Below, one piece after another: positions 7,018 through 16,816 of a stretch of DNA of 32,000 bases. How positions within the stretch are numbered: the stretch's first letter is position 1; each line of letters begins with the position of its first letter. The notes below the pieces were generated by a model, which did not search any database, was not told the DNA's origin, and saw only the letters and a list, made by a program, of their open reading frames with translations. Source of the DNA: Candidatus Binatia bacterium (GTDB lineage: Bacteria > Desulfobacterota > Binatia > UBA9968); assembly GCA_041483675.1 (NCBI GenBank), contig JBGPGE010000030.1, positions 1 through 32,000 on the forward strand, in the 5' to 3' direction. The position numbers were made by a program, and so were the translations under genes.

Positions 7018-7868
7018 GCGGACTCAATGAACCGCAAGACGACGGACCGGCGAGGCCGAAGGTCCGGCTGCTGCCGAGGAGAACCGCGCCGCGCGTTCCG
7101 CTCCGGCAGAGAGTGCGCTCGGCCCAGCTCCAGCGGGGCGTCTATCTCATTCCCAGCCTGTTTACGACTGGGAACCTGATCTGCGGCTTTTTCTCCATCA
7201 TCTCGACTTTTAACGGCGCGTACATGCGCGCGGCGGTGTTTATCATCCTGGCTCATCTGATGGACTGCCTGGACGGCTATGTGGCGCGGCTGACCAAGAC
7301 CACGAGCCAGTTCGGCATCGAACTCGATTCTCTGGCGGATCTGGTTTCCTTCGGCGTCGCGCCGGCGATCCTGGCCTATTACTGGGCGCTCGTCCCCTGG
7401 AGCACCTGGGGCTGGATGGCCGCCTGTCTTTTCGTCGTCTGCGGCGCTCTTCGATTGGCCCGCTTCAACGTCCAGGCCCGGACCGTGGAGAAAACTCATT
7501 TCGTCGGCCTTCCCATTCCAGCGGCGGCGGAGATGATCGCGGCGACCGTGGTGATGTATTATTATCTGCACGGCGAGGCGGCGGGCAACAAGCCGCTGAT
7601 TTTGCTGCTGGTCATCTACCTCCTGGCGGGCTTGATGGTGAGCAACATTCAATATTCGAGTTTCAAGCATCTCTCGCTCAAGAAAAGGCATCCGATCTGG
7701 ATCTTGATCTCCGCGATCCTGTCGATCAAGGTGACGATCCTCTATCCGGAGGTCGTGTTTTTTACGGTGTTTGTCCTGTATACTTTATCGGGTCCTCTCT
7801 TATGGTTCCTGAGCGCCTATAAACGGCGGCGGGCGAAGAGAGGGGAACTCGCAGACGCTCTGCCCTAG
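7014..7868 (+). CDS. pssA: CDP-diacylglycerol--serine O-phosphatidyltransferase
   Basis: The CDP-alcohol phosphatidyltransferase motif DCLDGYVARLTKTTSQFGIELDSLADLVSFGVAPA is present. The start overlaps the psd stop (ATGA). Confidence 0.9.
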   Translation: MSGLNEPQDDGPARPKVRLLPRRTAPRVPLRQRVRSAQLQRGVYLIPSLFTTGNLICGFFSIISTFNGAYMRAAVFIILAHLMDCLDGYVARLTKTTSQFGIELDSLADLVSFGVAPAILAYYWALVPWSTWGWMAACLFVVCGALRLARFNVQARTVEKTHFVGLPIPAAAEMIAATVVMYYYLHGEAAGNKPLILLLVIYLLAGLMVSNIQYSSFKHLSLKKRHPIWILISAILSIKVTILYPEVVFFTVFVLYTLSGPLLWFLSAYKRRRAKRGELADALP

Positions 7869-7895
7869 TTCCCGTCTCTCCATGTCGGTCTCACA

Positions 7896-7929
7896 CTCCC
7901 GCGGGCCAGAGTCGCGGGAGTTTTTTTTT
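7896..7929 (+). terminator. Rho-independent terminator (8-bp GC stem, 9-nt loop, T9)
   Basis: The stem is ctcccgcg (7896..7903) paired with cgcgggag (7913..7920), followed by ttttttttt (7921..7929). It lies 28 nt after the pssA stop and 14 nt before the leuA ATG. Confidence 0.85.
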
Positions 7930-7943
7930 ATGGAGGATGAACG

Positions 7944-9512
7944 ATGTCGGAGAAAATTATGAACGATCAGATCGTGAAAATATTCGATACCACGCTCAGG
8001 GACGGCGAGCAGTCTCCCGGGGCGAGCATGAACATGGAAGAAAAGGTGGTGATCGCGCGCCAACTGGAGAAGCTCGGGGTGGACGTGATCGAGGCCGGCT
8101 TTGCCGCGTCGTCGGACGGCGACTTCGAGTCCGTCGAGCGCGTCTCCAAGGATGTCAAGCGACCGCGGGTGCTGAGCCTGGCGCGCGCCCAGGAGGGCGA
8201 TATCAAGCGGGCGTTGAAGGCGGTCGAGCACGCGAAGCATCCGGGGATTCATATCTTCATCGCCACGTCCGATATCCACATGAAGCATAAACTCCGGATG
8301 TCGCGCGACGAGGTGGTGGACGCCGCGGTGTGGGCCGTGAGCTACGCCAAGAAGCATATCGACTATATCGAGTTTTCGGCGGAGGACGCGTCGCGGAGCG
8401 ACTGGGGGTTTCTGGTGAAGGTCTTCGGCGAGGTGATCCGCGCCGGCGCAAGCACGCTTAATGTTCCGGACACGACCGGCTACGCGATCCCCTCGGAGTT
8501 CGGCGCGCTGGTGCGCCACCTGATCGAGCACACCGACGGCGCGGATCGCGTCATCTGGAGCGCGCACTGCCACAACGATCTGGGGCTCGCGACGGCCAAC
8601 TCGCTGGCGGCCGTGGCGAACGGGGCGCGGCAGGTGGAGTGCACGATCAACGGCATCGGCGAACGCGCGGGAAACACTTCGTTGGAAGAAGTCGTGATGG
8701 CGATTAAGACGAGAAAGAATCTTCTCGACGTGGACACCAACGTCGTGACGGAGCAGATCTATCCGACGTCGCGTCTGCTGTCGCAGATCACGGGGATTGC
8801 GATCCCGATCAACAAGCCGATTGTCGGCGACAATGCCTTCGCGCACGAAGCCGGCATCCATCAAGACGGCGTGCTGAAGCATAAGTACACCTACGAGATC
8901 ATGACGCCGGAGTCGATCGGCATTCCCGGCAACCGGCTGGTGATGGGGAAGCACTCCGGCCGCCACGCCTTCGGCGAGCGGTTGAAGGAGTTGGGATTCA
9001 ATCTCGAAAAGGAAGACATGAATCGCGCGTTTCTCCGCTTCAAGGAGCTGGCGGACAAGAAGAAAGAAGTTTACGACGAGGACATCGAGGCGATCGTGGC
9101 GGAGGAGATTCTGAGACTGCCCGGACAACCGGACGCCTTCGAGCTGCTCTATTTGAACGTCAGCTCAAGCTCCAACGCGGTCCCGTCGGCGACGGTGAAG
9201 ATGCGGGTCAACGGCGACGAGCGCACCGAGCCCGCGACGGGCGACGGCGTGGTGGACGCCTGCTACAAGGCGATCACCAAGCTGACCGGCGCGCGCGCCA
9301 ACCTCGTGCGCTACTCGGTCAAGGCGATCAGCGGCGGGACCGATGCCCAGGGAGAGGTCTCCTGTCTGCTCGAGGACGGCGGCATTCGGGTCTCCGGGCA
9401 GGGGTCGCACACCGACATCATCATGGCGAGCGCGCTGGCCTACATCAACGCGCTCAACAAGCTTGAGTATCGCAAGCAGTACCGCCAACTGGTGGAGCGG
9501 GAAGGACCGTAA
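7944..9512 (+). CDS. leuA: 2-isopropylmalate synthase
   Basis: 522 aa. IFDTTLRDGEQSPGASM.., HCHNDLGLATAN.. and a C-terminal LeuA dimerisation/regulatory region are present. The RBS is GGAGGA. Confidence 0.95.
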   Translation: MSEKIMNDQIVKIFDTTLRDGEQSPGASMNMEEKVVIARQLEKLGVDVIEAGFAASSDGDFESVERVSKDVKRPRVLSLARAQEGDIKRALKAVEHAKHPGIHIFIATSDIHMKHKLRMSRDEVVDAAVWAVSYAKKHIDYIEFSAEDASRSDWGFLVKVFGEVIRAGASTLNVPDTTGYAIPSEFGALVRHLIEHTDGADRVIWSAHCHNDLGLATANSLAAVANGARQVECTINGIGERAGNTSLEEVVMAIKTRKNLLDVDTNVVTEQIYPTSRLLSQITGIAIPINKPIVGDNAFAHEAGIHQDGVLKHKYTYEIMTPESIGIPGNRLVMGKHSGRHAFGERLKELGFNLEKEDMNRAFLRFKELADKKKEVYDEDIEAIVAEEILRLPGQPDAFELLYLNVSSSSNAVPSATVKMRVNGDERTEPATGDGVVDACYKAITKLTGARANLVRYSVKAISGGTDAQGEVSCLLEDGGIRVSGQGSHTDIIMASALAYINALNKLEYRKQYRQLVEREGP

Positions 9513-9519
9513 AAAATAG

Positions 9520-9730
9520 TTTTTAGTGTCCCCTTCGGGGATGGTGGAAACCCCTCGCCTTTAGGCGAAGCAAAAGTTCGTCATGCCCGCGGAAGCGGGC
9601 ATCCACGGCGGTGGCGGAGCGGGCCATGAGGCAAAGACTGGATTCCCGCTTGCGCGGGAATGACGGAGTGGGGAGGTAGCCGACTTCCAGTCGACAGTTT
9701 TGGAACCCCTCGGCTTGGAGCCGAGGGTTG
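9520..9730. repeat. cluster of at least 5 GC hairpins (REP-like) in the leuA-leuB spacer
   Basis: One hairpin is tccccttcgggga. Two related ones are tggaaacccctcgcctttaggcgaag and tggaacccctcggcttggagccgaggg. A further motif occurs as an inverted pair: gtcatgcccgc-ggaa-gcgggcatcc (9580..9604) and ggattcccgc-ttgc-gcgggaatgac (9640..9664). Confidence 0.65.
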
Positions 9731-9789
9731 TTCAGTTTTGAGTTGAACTCGAAATCAGAAACCAGAAACGCGGATCGAGGGAGGGATAC

Positions 9790-10878
9790 TTGAATTTCAA
9801 TATTGCAGTTTTGCCGGGGGATGGGATCGGGCCTGAGGTCGTTCGCGAGGGGACGCAGGTCTTAAAGCAGGTGGCGGGGCTTTATCGCTTTCAGGTCGAG
9901 TTGGAAGAGGGGATCGTCGGCGGCGCTTCCATCGACGCTCATGGGAAGCCGCTCACGGAGCCGGTGCTCAAGTTGGCGAAGGAGAGCGACGCGGTGTTGC
10001 TCGGCGCGATGGGCGGCCCCAAGTGGGACGCGCTGGATTATTCCATCCGTCCCGAGCGGGCGCTGCTGGCGCTGCGGCAGGAACTTGGGCTGTTCGCCAA
10101 CCTGCGTCCGGTTAAGCTCTTCTCCGCTCTCGCCTCGGCCTCGACTTTGAGACGCGAGATCGTGGAGGGAACGGATTTGCTGGTGGTGCGGGAGCTGACC
10201 GGCGGCATCTACTTCGGCCAGCCCAAGGGGATTACCAAGCTTCCCGACGGCACCGAGCGCGGCGTCAATACGGAGGTCTACACCACGCCGGAGATCGAGC
10301 GGATCGCCAAAGTCGGCTTCGACGCGGCGAGGCGGCGTCGGAAGAAAGTCACTTCGGTGGACAAGGCTAATGTCCTGGAGGCAACCGAGCTGTGGCGCCG
10401 GGTCGTCACGCGGGTGCACAAGGAGCAGGGCTACACCGATGTCGCGCTCGATCACATGCTGGTGGACAACTGCGCGATGCAGTTGATCCGCGATCCCAAG
10501 CAGTTCGACGTCCTGGTGACGACGAATATGTTCGGCGATATCCTGAGCGACGAGGCGGCGATGCTCACGGGCTCGATCGGCATGCTGCCGTCGGCCAGCC
10601 TCGGCGGAAAAGTCGGGATGTATGAGCCGGTCCACGGCAGCGCGCCGGATATTACCGGAAAGGATTTGGCGAATCCGCTGGCGACGATCCTGAGCATCGC
10701 GCTCATGCTGCGCCATTCCTTGGATCAGGGAAAGGCCGCCGATCGCGTCGAAGCGGCGGTGGAGAAGGTGCTCGACGAGGGCTACCGCACGGCGGATATT
10801 AAATCGGAAGGCTGCAAACTCATAGGCTGCAAGGAGATGGGGCGGCTGGTTCGTGACAAGATAGAAAAGCTCGGCTGA
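9790..10878 (+). CDS. leuB: 3-isopropylmalate dehydrogenase
   Basis: 362 aa with a TTG start after [24 protein letters not shown].., ..[11 protein letters not shown].. and ..[25 protein letters not shown].. are present. Confidence 0.95.
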   Translation: MNFNIAVLPGDGIGPEVVREGTQVLKQVAGLYRFQVELEEGIVGGASIDAHGKPLTEPVLKLAKESDAVLLGAMGGPKWDALDYSIRPERALLALRQELGLFANLRPVKLFSALASASTLRREIVEGTDLLVVRELTGGIYFGQPKGITKLPDGTERGVNTEVYTTPEIERIAKVGFDAARRRRKKVTSVDKANVLEATELWRRVVTRVHKEQGYTDVALDHMLVDNCAMQLIRDPKQFDVLVTTNMFGDILSDEAAMLTGSIGMLPSASLGGKVGMYEPVHGSAPDITGKDLANPLATILSIALMLRHSLDQGKAADRVEAAVEKVLDEGYRTADIKSEGCKLIGCKEMGRLVRDKIEKLG

Positions 10879-10892
10879 AGAGCCGAATGCAA

Positions 10893-10955
10893 TTTTAGAT
10901 TTTAGATTGCCGATTTCCGATTAATAGAAAATCCAAAATCGAAAATCCAAAATCG
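10893..10955. repeat. AT-rich hairpin with 7-nt periodic arms
   Basis: One arm reads ttttaga/ttttaga/ttgccga/tttccga and faces aaaatcc/aaaatcg/aaaatcc/aaaatcg. It lies between leuB and asd. Confidence 0.55.
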
Positions 10956-10965
10956 GGGAGGGGTT

Positions 10966-11988
<1,023 letters not shown>

Positions 11989-11998
11989 AAAGGTTCTC

Positions 11999-12190
11999 AT
12001 GATGACTGCTTTGCGCAAGGCCGGACGCAAGAACGCTTCACTGTCGGTCAGCCAACGGCGGCGTCCTCGTCCGTCCCGGATCAAGCCGGCCGCCGTTTCT
12101 CCCTCGACTGCGGCCGGACGGCTCGGCCTCGCCCTGGAACTTTCCGACCTCTGTCTTGCCTTGCGCGACGCCGCGCGCCGGAAGCGGTAA
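11999..12190 (+). CDS. small basic protein (63 aa), possible partner of the downstream nucleotidyltransferase
   Basis: Its stop overlaps the next ATG (TAATG at 12188..12192). It has an Arg/Pro-rich N-terminal part and a C-terminal helix GRLGLALELSDLCLALRDAARRKR. The RBS is weak and it may not be translated. Confidence 0.35.
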   Translation: MMTALRKAGRKNASLSVSQRRRPRPSRIKPAAVSPSTAAGRLGLALELSDLCLALRDAARRKR

Positions 12191-12798
12191 TGGAGCCACG
12201 CTTCGTTCCGGCGCTCGCCACGCTGCGGAAGGTCTTCGAAGACGCCTCGCAATCTCTTCAGGTTCCAATCCATTTTGCCGTGATCGGGGGACTGGCGGTA
12301 TCGACGTGGGGAGCGGTGCGAGCGACCCAGGACATCGATCTCCTGGCCGATAGTGACCCGAGTCCCCTAAGTGACAGGCAATTTCGTGTTCGCTTGCAAA
12401 AGCACTTGGAAGAAGAGGGGTGCGTGGTGGAGTGGCGGGTAGGTGACCCCGACGACCCCATTCCTTTGCTCTTGCACATTGAGTTGCCGCGTCCGGCGCG
12501 TGGCATGGGAGTCGATATCCTCTGGGCTAATAATCGCTGGCAGCGAGAGGCGCTCGTTAGGAGCATATCTCTAAAAGTCTCTCGGCTGGAAGTGTCCGTT
12601 CTCCATCCGGAAGACCTGATTCTCATGAAGCTGGAGGCCGGTGGTCCGCAGGACCTGCTGGATGTGGAGAGGTTGCTTGCCAATCCCCCGACGCAACTGA
12701 ACCTCAGGGGTCTCCGAAACAAGGCCGCAACGCTACGCCTGGCCAGGGTATTAAACAATTGCTTGCGTGGCGCCGGGATGGAACCGAAGAAATCGTAA
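12190..12798 (+). CDS. minimal nucleotidyltransferase-fold protein (MNT/DUF6036-like)
   Basis: 202 aa. IGGLAVSTWGAVRATQDIDLL matches the GG..G..R.T.DxD signature of pol-beta-fold NTases. The C-terminal PEDLILMKLEAGGPQDLLDVERLL is as in NTase components of TA-like pairs. The family name comes from memory. Confidence 0.65.
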   Translation: MEPRFVPALATLRKVFEDASQSLQVPIHFAVIGGLAVSTWGAVRATQDIDLLADSDPSPLSDRQFRVRLQKHLEEEGCVVEWRVGDPDDPIPLLLHIELPRPARGMGVDILWANNRWQREALVRSISLKVSRLEVSVLHPEDLILMKLEAGGPQDLLDVERLLANPPTQLNLRGLRNKAATLRLARVLNNCLRGAGMEPKKS

Positions 12799-12862
12799 CC
12801 GCAAAGGCGCCGCCCTGAACGCCGTCCAAATCGCGGAGATTTTGATCCGGGACTATATTTGA
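12799..12862 (+). pseudogene. duplicated asd 3' end, copy 2 (last 20 codons + stop)
   Basis: 56 of 64 nt are identical to asd 11925..11988. All 7 sense-codon differences are synonymous, the 8th changes TAA to TGA, and both copies encode RKGAALNAVQIAEILIRDYI*. It starts right after the NTase stop codon. Confidence 0.85.
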
Positions 12863-12880
12863 AAGAAACCAGATTTACGG

Positions 12881-13090
12881 TCAGGCTCTACGCGAATCTT
12901 TCCGTTTGGCAATCAGTTGCCGTATCTCGGGGAGGAGGTCCCTCGGTACTTCGATGACGGTTTGAGTGGAGTTCTCAAAAGCGGCCTCGTCTTCCGCCAC
13001 TGCTTCTTCTTCGGTCTGCTGCTCGTAGTGGGCGAGTACCTTCCGTACCCTCTCCTGGTTCCAACCTGATGGAAATTTATTCTGTCTCAT
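12881..13090 (-). CDS. small acidic hypothetical protein (69 aa), antitoxin-like
   Basis: I used ATG 13090, because the track start at 13225 would run into asd copy 3. MRQNKFPSGWNQERVRKVLAHYEQQTEEEAVAEDEAAF..VIEVPRDLLPEIRQLI resembles a widespread small-protein family that I cannot name. Confidence 0.5.
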   Translation of the reverse strand: MRQNKFPSGWNQERVRKVLAHYEQQTEEEAVAEDEAAFENSTQTVIEVPRDLLPEIRQLIAKRKDSRRA

Positions 13091-13198
13091 CCAAGGATTT
13101 CGGGATCGGTGTGAATCACGCTTTTTCGGGCGCCCATAAGACCACCTCCGCAAAGGAGGATAGCACCGGTTCCTCTGGAAATCTAATTGAGGCCTTTT

Positions 13199-13280
13199 CT
13201 GGATCATCGCCGACAATCTCCGCAAAGGCGCGGCGCTGAATACCGTCCAGGTCGCGGAGATACTGATCGGGGGTTATCTG
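13199..13280 (+). pseudogene. duplicated asd 3' end, copy 3 (more diverged)
   Basis: About 68 of 82 nt are identical to asd 11906..11987. It encodes [26 protein letters not shown], compared with [26 protein letters not shown] in asd. It then reads on to a TGA at 13317..13319. Confidence 0.75.
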
Positions 13281-13440
13281 TGGGCTGTATCGCGAGCCTC
13301 ACTCCTAGCTGGAGCCTGAACTAGCAAGATTGCAATGTCTGACCCCCAGGCCAAAGTTGCCGTAGTGCATCCCTGTTTTGGCTGGGCAAGCTCAAATAAC
13401 CTGACTCCAAACATGCTGTGCTCCCCTACGCTGCAGAGGA

Positions 13441-14238
13441 TTAGTGCACTTTCGATAGCCGCTCAATAAGCCTCCTATACACGGTCGAAAGTTGTCCATC
13501 CAACTCAAATTGATCGCGTGCGTGGGCCGTTTCGAGAACAAGCCTAATGGAGGTACAGAGTGCGAGGGATTGGGCGCGTGGGTCATTTCGGGGATTCGGA
13601 TGGATAAGGTCCGGTTGATCTCGGAACAGTCCCAGCCCAAAAAACCCGCCGTGGGCCGCGCTTGATAACGTGGCATAGTAACGAGCCATCTCCGGGGGCA
13701 GGAGCTTATCCGCAGCTTCCTGGGGCCGGTGGTAGTACTCGGGCGCATACCAGTAGCCTGATACGCGCTCCTTGAAGATGAAACGTCGCGCTTTCTCCTG
13801 GTCAGATCCGCTCAACCGTGCAATACCGGAGTCGATTTGTCGCCGGCAATCCTTGTGCAATTCATCATTGGCGTCAGTTGAACGGAGCGTCACTTTAAGA
13901 AAAAAGTGTGTGCAACGGAACCCGCGTATTTCGGCTTCTTCGTGGAGCTCGACGATAATGGCCGTGCTCAGCAGTAGGTCTAAGAGCGTGCGCAAGATTG
14001 GCGCAGAACAAGATACCCATCCTGTAGCACACAGCGCTAGAAGCGCCTGATGAAAGGCTATTATGTCGGCCTCGAGACGGTACAACGCGCCACCCGCAAG
14101 GGGATATGGGTGGTTACCGTTGAATTGTTCGACGATCGCAGCGTTGACTGCTACCGCGTATGAGGATGCAGCGTCGTGAAGCCGCACAAGCGCTTCGTCG
14201 ATAAGTGGTTTAGCCCGCTCTATTATCTTCCCGGTCAT
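13441..14238 (-). CDS. hypothetical all-helical protein (265 aa), possibly DUF5677-like
   Basis: ATG 14238 (GAGG 7 nt upstream) is preferred over 14247. The surrounding 13281..14347 is visibly more AT-rich than the rest of the window. The segments ALLALCATGW..APILRTLLDLLL and LSSAAHGG recall DUF5677, from memory. RLVLETAH is an Rx6H string. Confidence 0.55.
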   Translation of the reverse strand: MTGKIIERAKPLIDEALVRLHDAASSYAVAVNAAIVEQFNGNHPYPLAGGALYRLEADIIAFHQALLALCATGWVSCSAPILRTLLDLLLSTAIIVELHEEAEIRGFRCTHFFLKVTLRSTDANDELHKDCRRQIDSGIARLSGSDQEKARRFIFKERVSGYWYAPEYYHRPQEAADKLLPPEMARYYATLSSAAHGGFFGLGLFRDQPDLIHPNPRNDPRAQSLALCTSIRLVLETAHARDQFELDGQLSTVYRRLIERLSKVH

Positions 14239-14347
14239 GCGCCTCATTCATTCGGTAAACTTTGAGACTCTGGCGATTGTCATGCGTCCCTAAGTTGTTG
14301 TCAAGGCAGCTTGGCAACCGCTGTCAGTTTAAGGTAGAAAACAAATC

Positions 14348-15499
14348 ATGGCTCAGCCTTTCGACATCTCTCTCATCACCCGTGGTGCGAGGCTTCGCAG
14401 ATCCCCGTTTTTTGAGGCGACGCAGCGGTATGGGTGTAAGAGCTACACGGTTTACAACCATATGCTGCTTCCCAGCTACTACGACGATCCGGTGAAGGAG
14501 TACTGGAAGTTGATCGAGGGAGTGACGCTTTGGGACGTGGGCGTCGAGCGGCAGGTGGAGATTACGGGGCCTGATGCTTTCGCGTTCACGAACATGTTGA
14601 CGCCTCGGGATTTGAGCCAGTGCAAAGTCGGGCAGGGGAAGTACGTGCTAATCACGGACGAGAACGGCGGGATTATCAACGATCCGGTGTTGATGCGGCT
14701 GGGAGAAAATCATTTCTGGCTGGCGGTGGCCGATAGCGACGTGCTGCTGTGGGCCAAAGGTGTTGCGTTGAACTCCCGCATGGACGTACAAATCCAAGAG
14801 CCCGATGTCTCGCCGATTCAAATTCAGGGACCGAGATCGAAGCAGGTCATAGAACGGCTCTTTGGTCCGGAAATCCTAGAGATGCCGTACTATCATTTCG
14901 TCGAGACGAAGTTGGACGGCCTCCCTTTGATCGTGACCCGCACAGGCTGGACGGGCGAAGTCGGCTACGAGATTTATCTACGCGACGGAAGCCGTGGCGT
15001 GGAGTTGTGGAAAAAGGTGATGGAGGCGGGGAAGCCGTACGGCATCGCGCCGACAGGCCCCTCGGACATTCGCCGTATCGAAGCGGGCATACTCAACTAC
15101 GGCATCGACATGACTCTCGCTGAAAACCCTTACGAGGTCGGGTTGGATCGGCTGGTCGATCTCGAAAAGAAGGGCGACTTCATCGGCCAAAAAGCGCTGC
15201 AACGAATAAAGACGGAAGGCGTGAATCGCAAGCTGGTCGGAGTCGAGATCGACGGCGCATCGCTGGATCTCAATCTCACGCGCTGGCCTGTGAGCGGGGA
15301 TGGCAAGCAAGTTGGACATGTGACGTCTGCCGTTTACTCACCGCGTCTCAAGAAAAACATCGGCTATGCGATGGTGCCGGTCGAATGCGGTGAACTGGGG
15401 ACGAAACTAAGCGTGACGGTCCCGGATTCCGGCGAAAGAAATGCCACCGTCGTCAAAAAGCCTTTCCTCGATCCCGAGAAGACAACCCCCAAATCCTAG
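14348..15499 (+). CDS. aminomethyltransferase (GcvT/DmdA/LigM) family protein
   Basis: 383 aa. ..VTLWDVGVERQVEITGPDAFAFTNMLTPRDL..GKYVLITDENGGIINDPVLMRL.. and ..TRTGWTGEVGYEIY.. are present. The specific substrate cannot be called. Confidence 0.85.
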   Translation: MAQPFDISLITRGARLRRSPFFEATQRYGCKSYTVYNHMLLPSYYDDPVKEYWKLIEGVTLWDVGVERQVEITGPDAFAFTNMLTPRDLSQCKVGQGKYVLITDENGGIINDPVLMRLGENHFWLAVADSDVLLWAKGVALNSRMDVQIQEPDVSPIQIQGPRSKQVIERLFGPEILEMPYYHFVETKLDGLPLIVTRTGWTGEVGYEIYLRDGSRGVELWKKVMEAGKPYGIAPTGPSDIRRIEAGILNYGIDMTLAENPYEVGLDRLVDLEKKGDFIGQKALQRIKTEGVNRKLVGVEIDGASLDLNLTRWPVSGDGKQVGHVTSAVYSPRLKKNIGYAMVPVECGELGTKLSVTVPDSGERNATVVKKPFLDPEKTTPKS

Positions 15500-16686
15500 C
15501 TCGCGGCGCGCGTTCGGCTGATGAATTTGCAGCTCCAGAGTGAAGCAAAGAACATCGCGATGACCATCACCGGGCCGAAAAAAAACAGCCGCTCGATGCC
15601 GGTGAACGCGGCGATCAAGCCGCCGAGGCTCGGGCCGATGATGTTTCCCACGTCGCCCGCGGCGTTGAAGAGGCCCGAGGCCACTCCGCGGCTCACTTTG
15701 GTCTCGTCCACGTCCTCCACCATGCCGATCGTGTTGCTCACGATCGCCACCGCCCGCATGAACCCTGAGATAACGAACAGCGTGAGCACCGGCCCGAAGC
15801 CGTGAAACAGCGGGACAAGGGTCAGGAAGAGCGCTTGCAGCGGCAACGTCACGACGGCGAGATTTCTCTGGGAGAAGCGCTTGACCGCCATCCCGCTGAG
15901 CGGACGGGTAATCGCGTTGCACATCGCGTAGAGGCCTTTGATCACACCGACTTTCGTCAGCGAGATGCCGACAGCCAGGCCATAGAGCGGCAGGAACACG
16001 TTGCCCATCTGGTGCATCAGATTGAGGAACAGCGCCACGACGACGATCCCCGCGAGCTTGGGATTTAACAGATTTTTGAGCGAGCCGACAAATGTCTGCG
16101 GCGTCGTCACCCGGAGCGACCCGCTCGTCCCCACCGCTGAAGCCGGGACTTTCAAGAAAAAAAGCAGCGCCACGCAGGCGAGCGCCAGGATGCCCGAGAA
16201 GTTGAATGTAGCGGCATAACTCAGCCGGTCGGCGATATAGCCCGCTAAAAAACCTCCGGTCGAATAGCCGATGGCGAGACAGCCGGCGTAGTAGCCCATC
16301 GCGTGGTGGCGGTCTTCGTCCGGCGGCAGCGCGTCGACGTAAAACGCAAGATAAATCGTAGTCGCTGCGCCGTAGGCGAATCCGTTCAGGGCGTGGATGA
16401 CCGCAAACTCAAACGGTCTCACGGTGAAACCATAGAGAAAGTTGCACAGCGCCATCGTCGAGATCGCCGCCATGAGCAGCCACCGCGCGCGCTCGCGGTT
16501 GTAGGCGATGCCGGAGGGCACGCGCGCGACGAGGGCGAAGACCGGCGCGAGAGAGACCAGCGTGCCGATGGCCGAGACCGGATATTTCAAGTCGTCCAAG
16601 AACGGCGGGATGATAAACTGCGCCGCGTTCTGCTGCGCCGTCATGGCGGCGACGGGAAGACAGAGCTTCAGCGTCGCCATCTTCAT
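15496..16686 (-). CDS. MFS transporter
   Basis: I used ATG 16686 (MKMATLKL..), since the track start at 17028 would overlap the divergent gene. It is about 12-TM and hydrophobic throughout. It is convergent with the previous gene and shares a palindromic CTAG stop (15496..15499). Confidence 0.85.
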   Translation of the reverse strand: MKMATLKLCLPVAAMTAQQNAAQFIIPPFLDDLKYPVSAIGTLVSLAPVFALVARVPSGIAYNRERARWLLMAAISTMALCNFLYGFTVRPFEFAVIHALNGFAYGAATTIYLAFYVDALPPDEDRHHAMGYYAGCLAIGYSTGGFLAGYIADRLSYAATFNFSGILALACVALLFFLKVPASAVGTSGSLRVTTPQTFVGSLKNLLNPKLAGIVVVALFLNLMHQMGNVFLPLYGLAVGISLTKVGVIKGLYAMCNAITRPLSGMAVKRFSQRNLAVVTLPLQALFLTLVPLFHGFGPVLTLFVISGFMRAVAIVSNTIGMVEDVDETKVSRGVASGLFNAAGDVGNIIGPSLGGLIAAFTGIERLFFFGPVMVIAMFFASLWSCKFISRTRAAS

Positions 16687-16816
16687 GAGCGAGCCTGCGC
16701 GGAATATTTTCTTGCGTGCATTGTCCGTGAGTCTTATCCCAAGCCGCCGCCGAGTTCCAGCCGTGATGGACAATTTTGCCGGCTTGCGATAATGAAACTT
16801 TGATCGGAGGTCCTGG

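Larger units (their letters stand above)
11989..13198. mobile_element. two tandem integrase-less islets inserted at the asd 3' end
   Basis: Islet 1 (11989..12798) and islet 2 (12863..13198) are each followed by a direct copy of the asd 3' terminus (12799..12862 and 13199..13280). Confidence 0.5.

Noticed and set aside
7869-7943. Leucine leader-peptide or T-box attenuator upstream of leuA
   Set aside because: The only mini-ORF has no Leu codons, and no specifier or T-box sequence is visible. Only the terminator itself is reported.
7800-9128. 442-aa minus-strand ORF opposite leuA (plus smaller ones at 7937..8290, 8257..8451 and 9165..9488)
   Set aside because: It is antisense or out-of-frame within a clearly identified leuA. 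Composition is low-complexity and Arg-rich, and there is no RBS.
13087-13137. 16-codon micro-ORF MGARKSVIHTDPEILG* with a GGAGGTGG RBS, overlapping (ATGA) the 69-aa gene; it resembles the N-terminus of DUF433 antitoxin-like proteins (..DPEIxGGKP..)
   Set aside because: It is too short to support a homology claim. It may be a remnant of a truncated DUF433 gene, but that cannot be shown from 16 residues.
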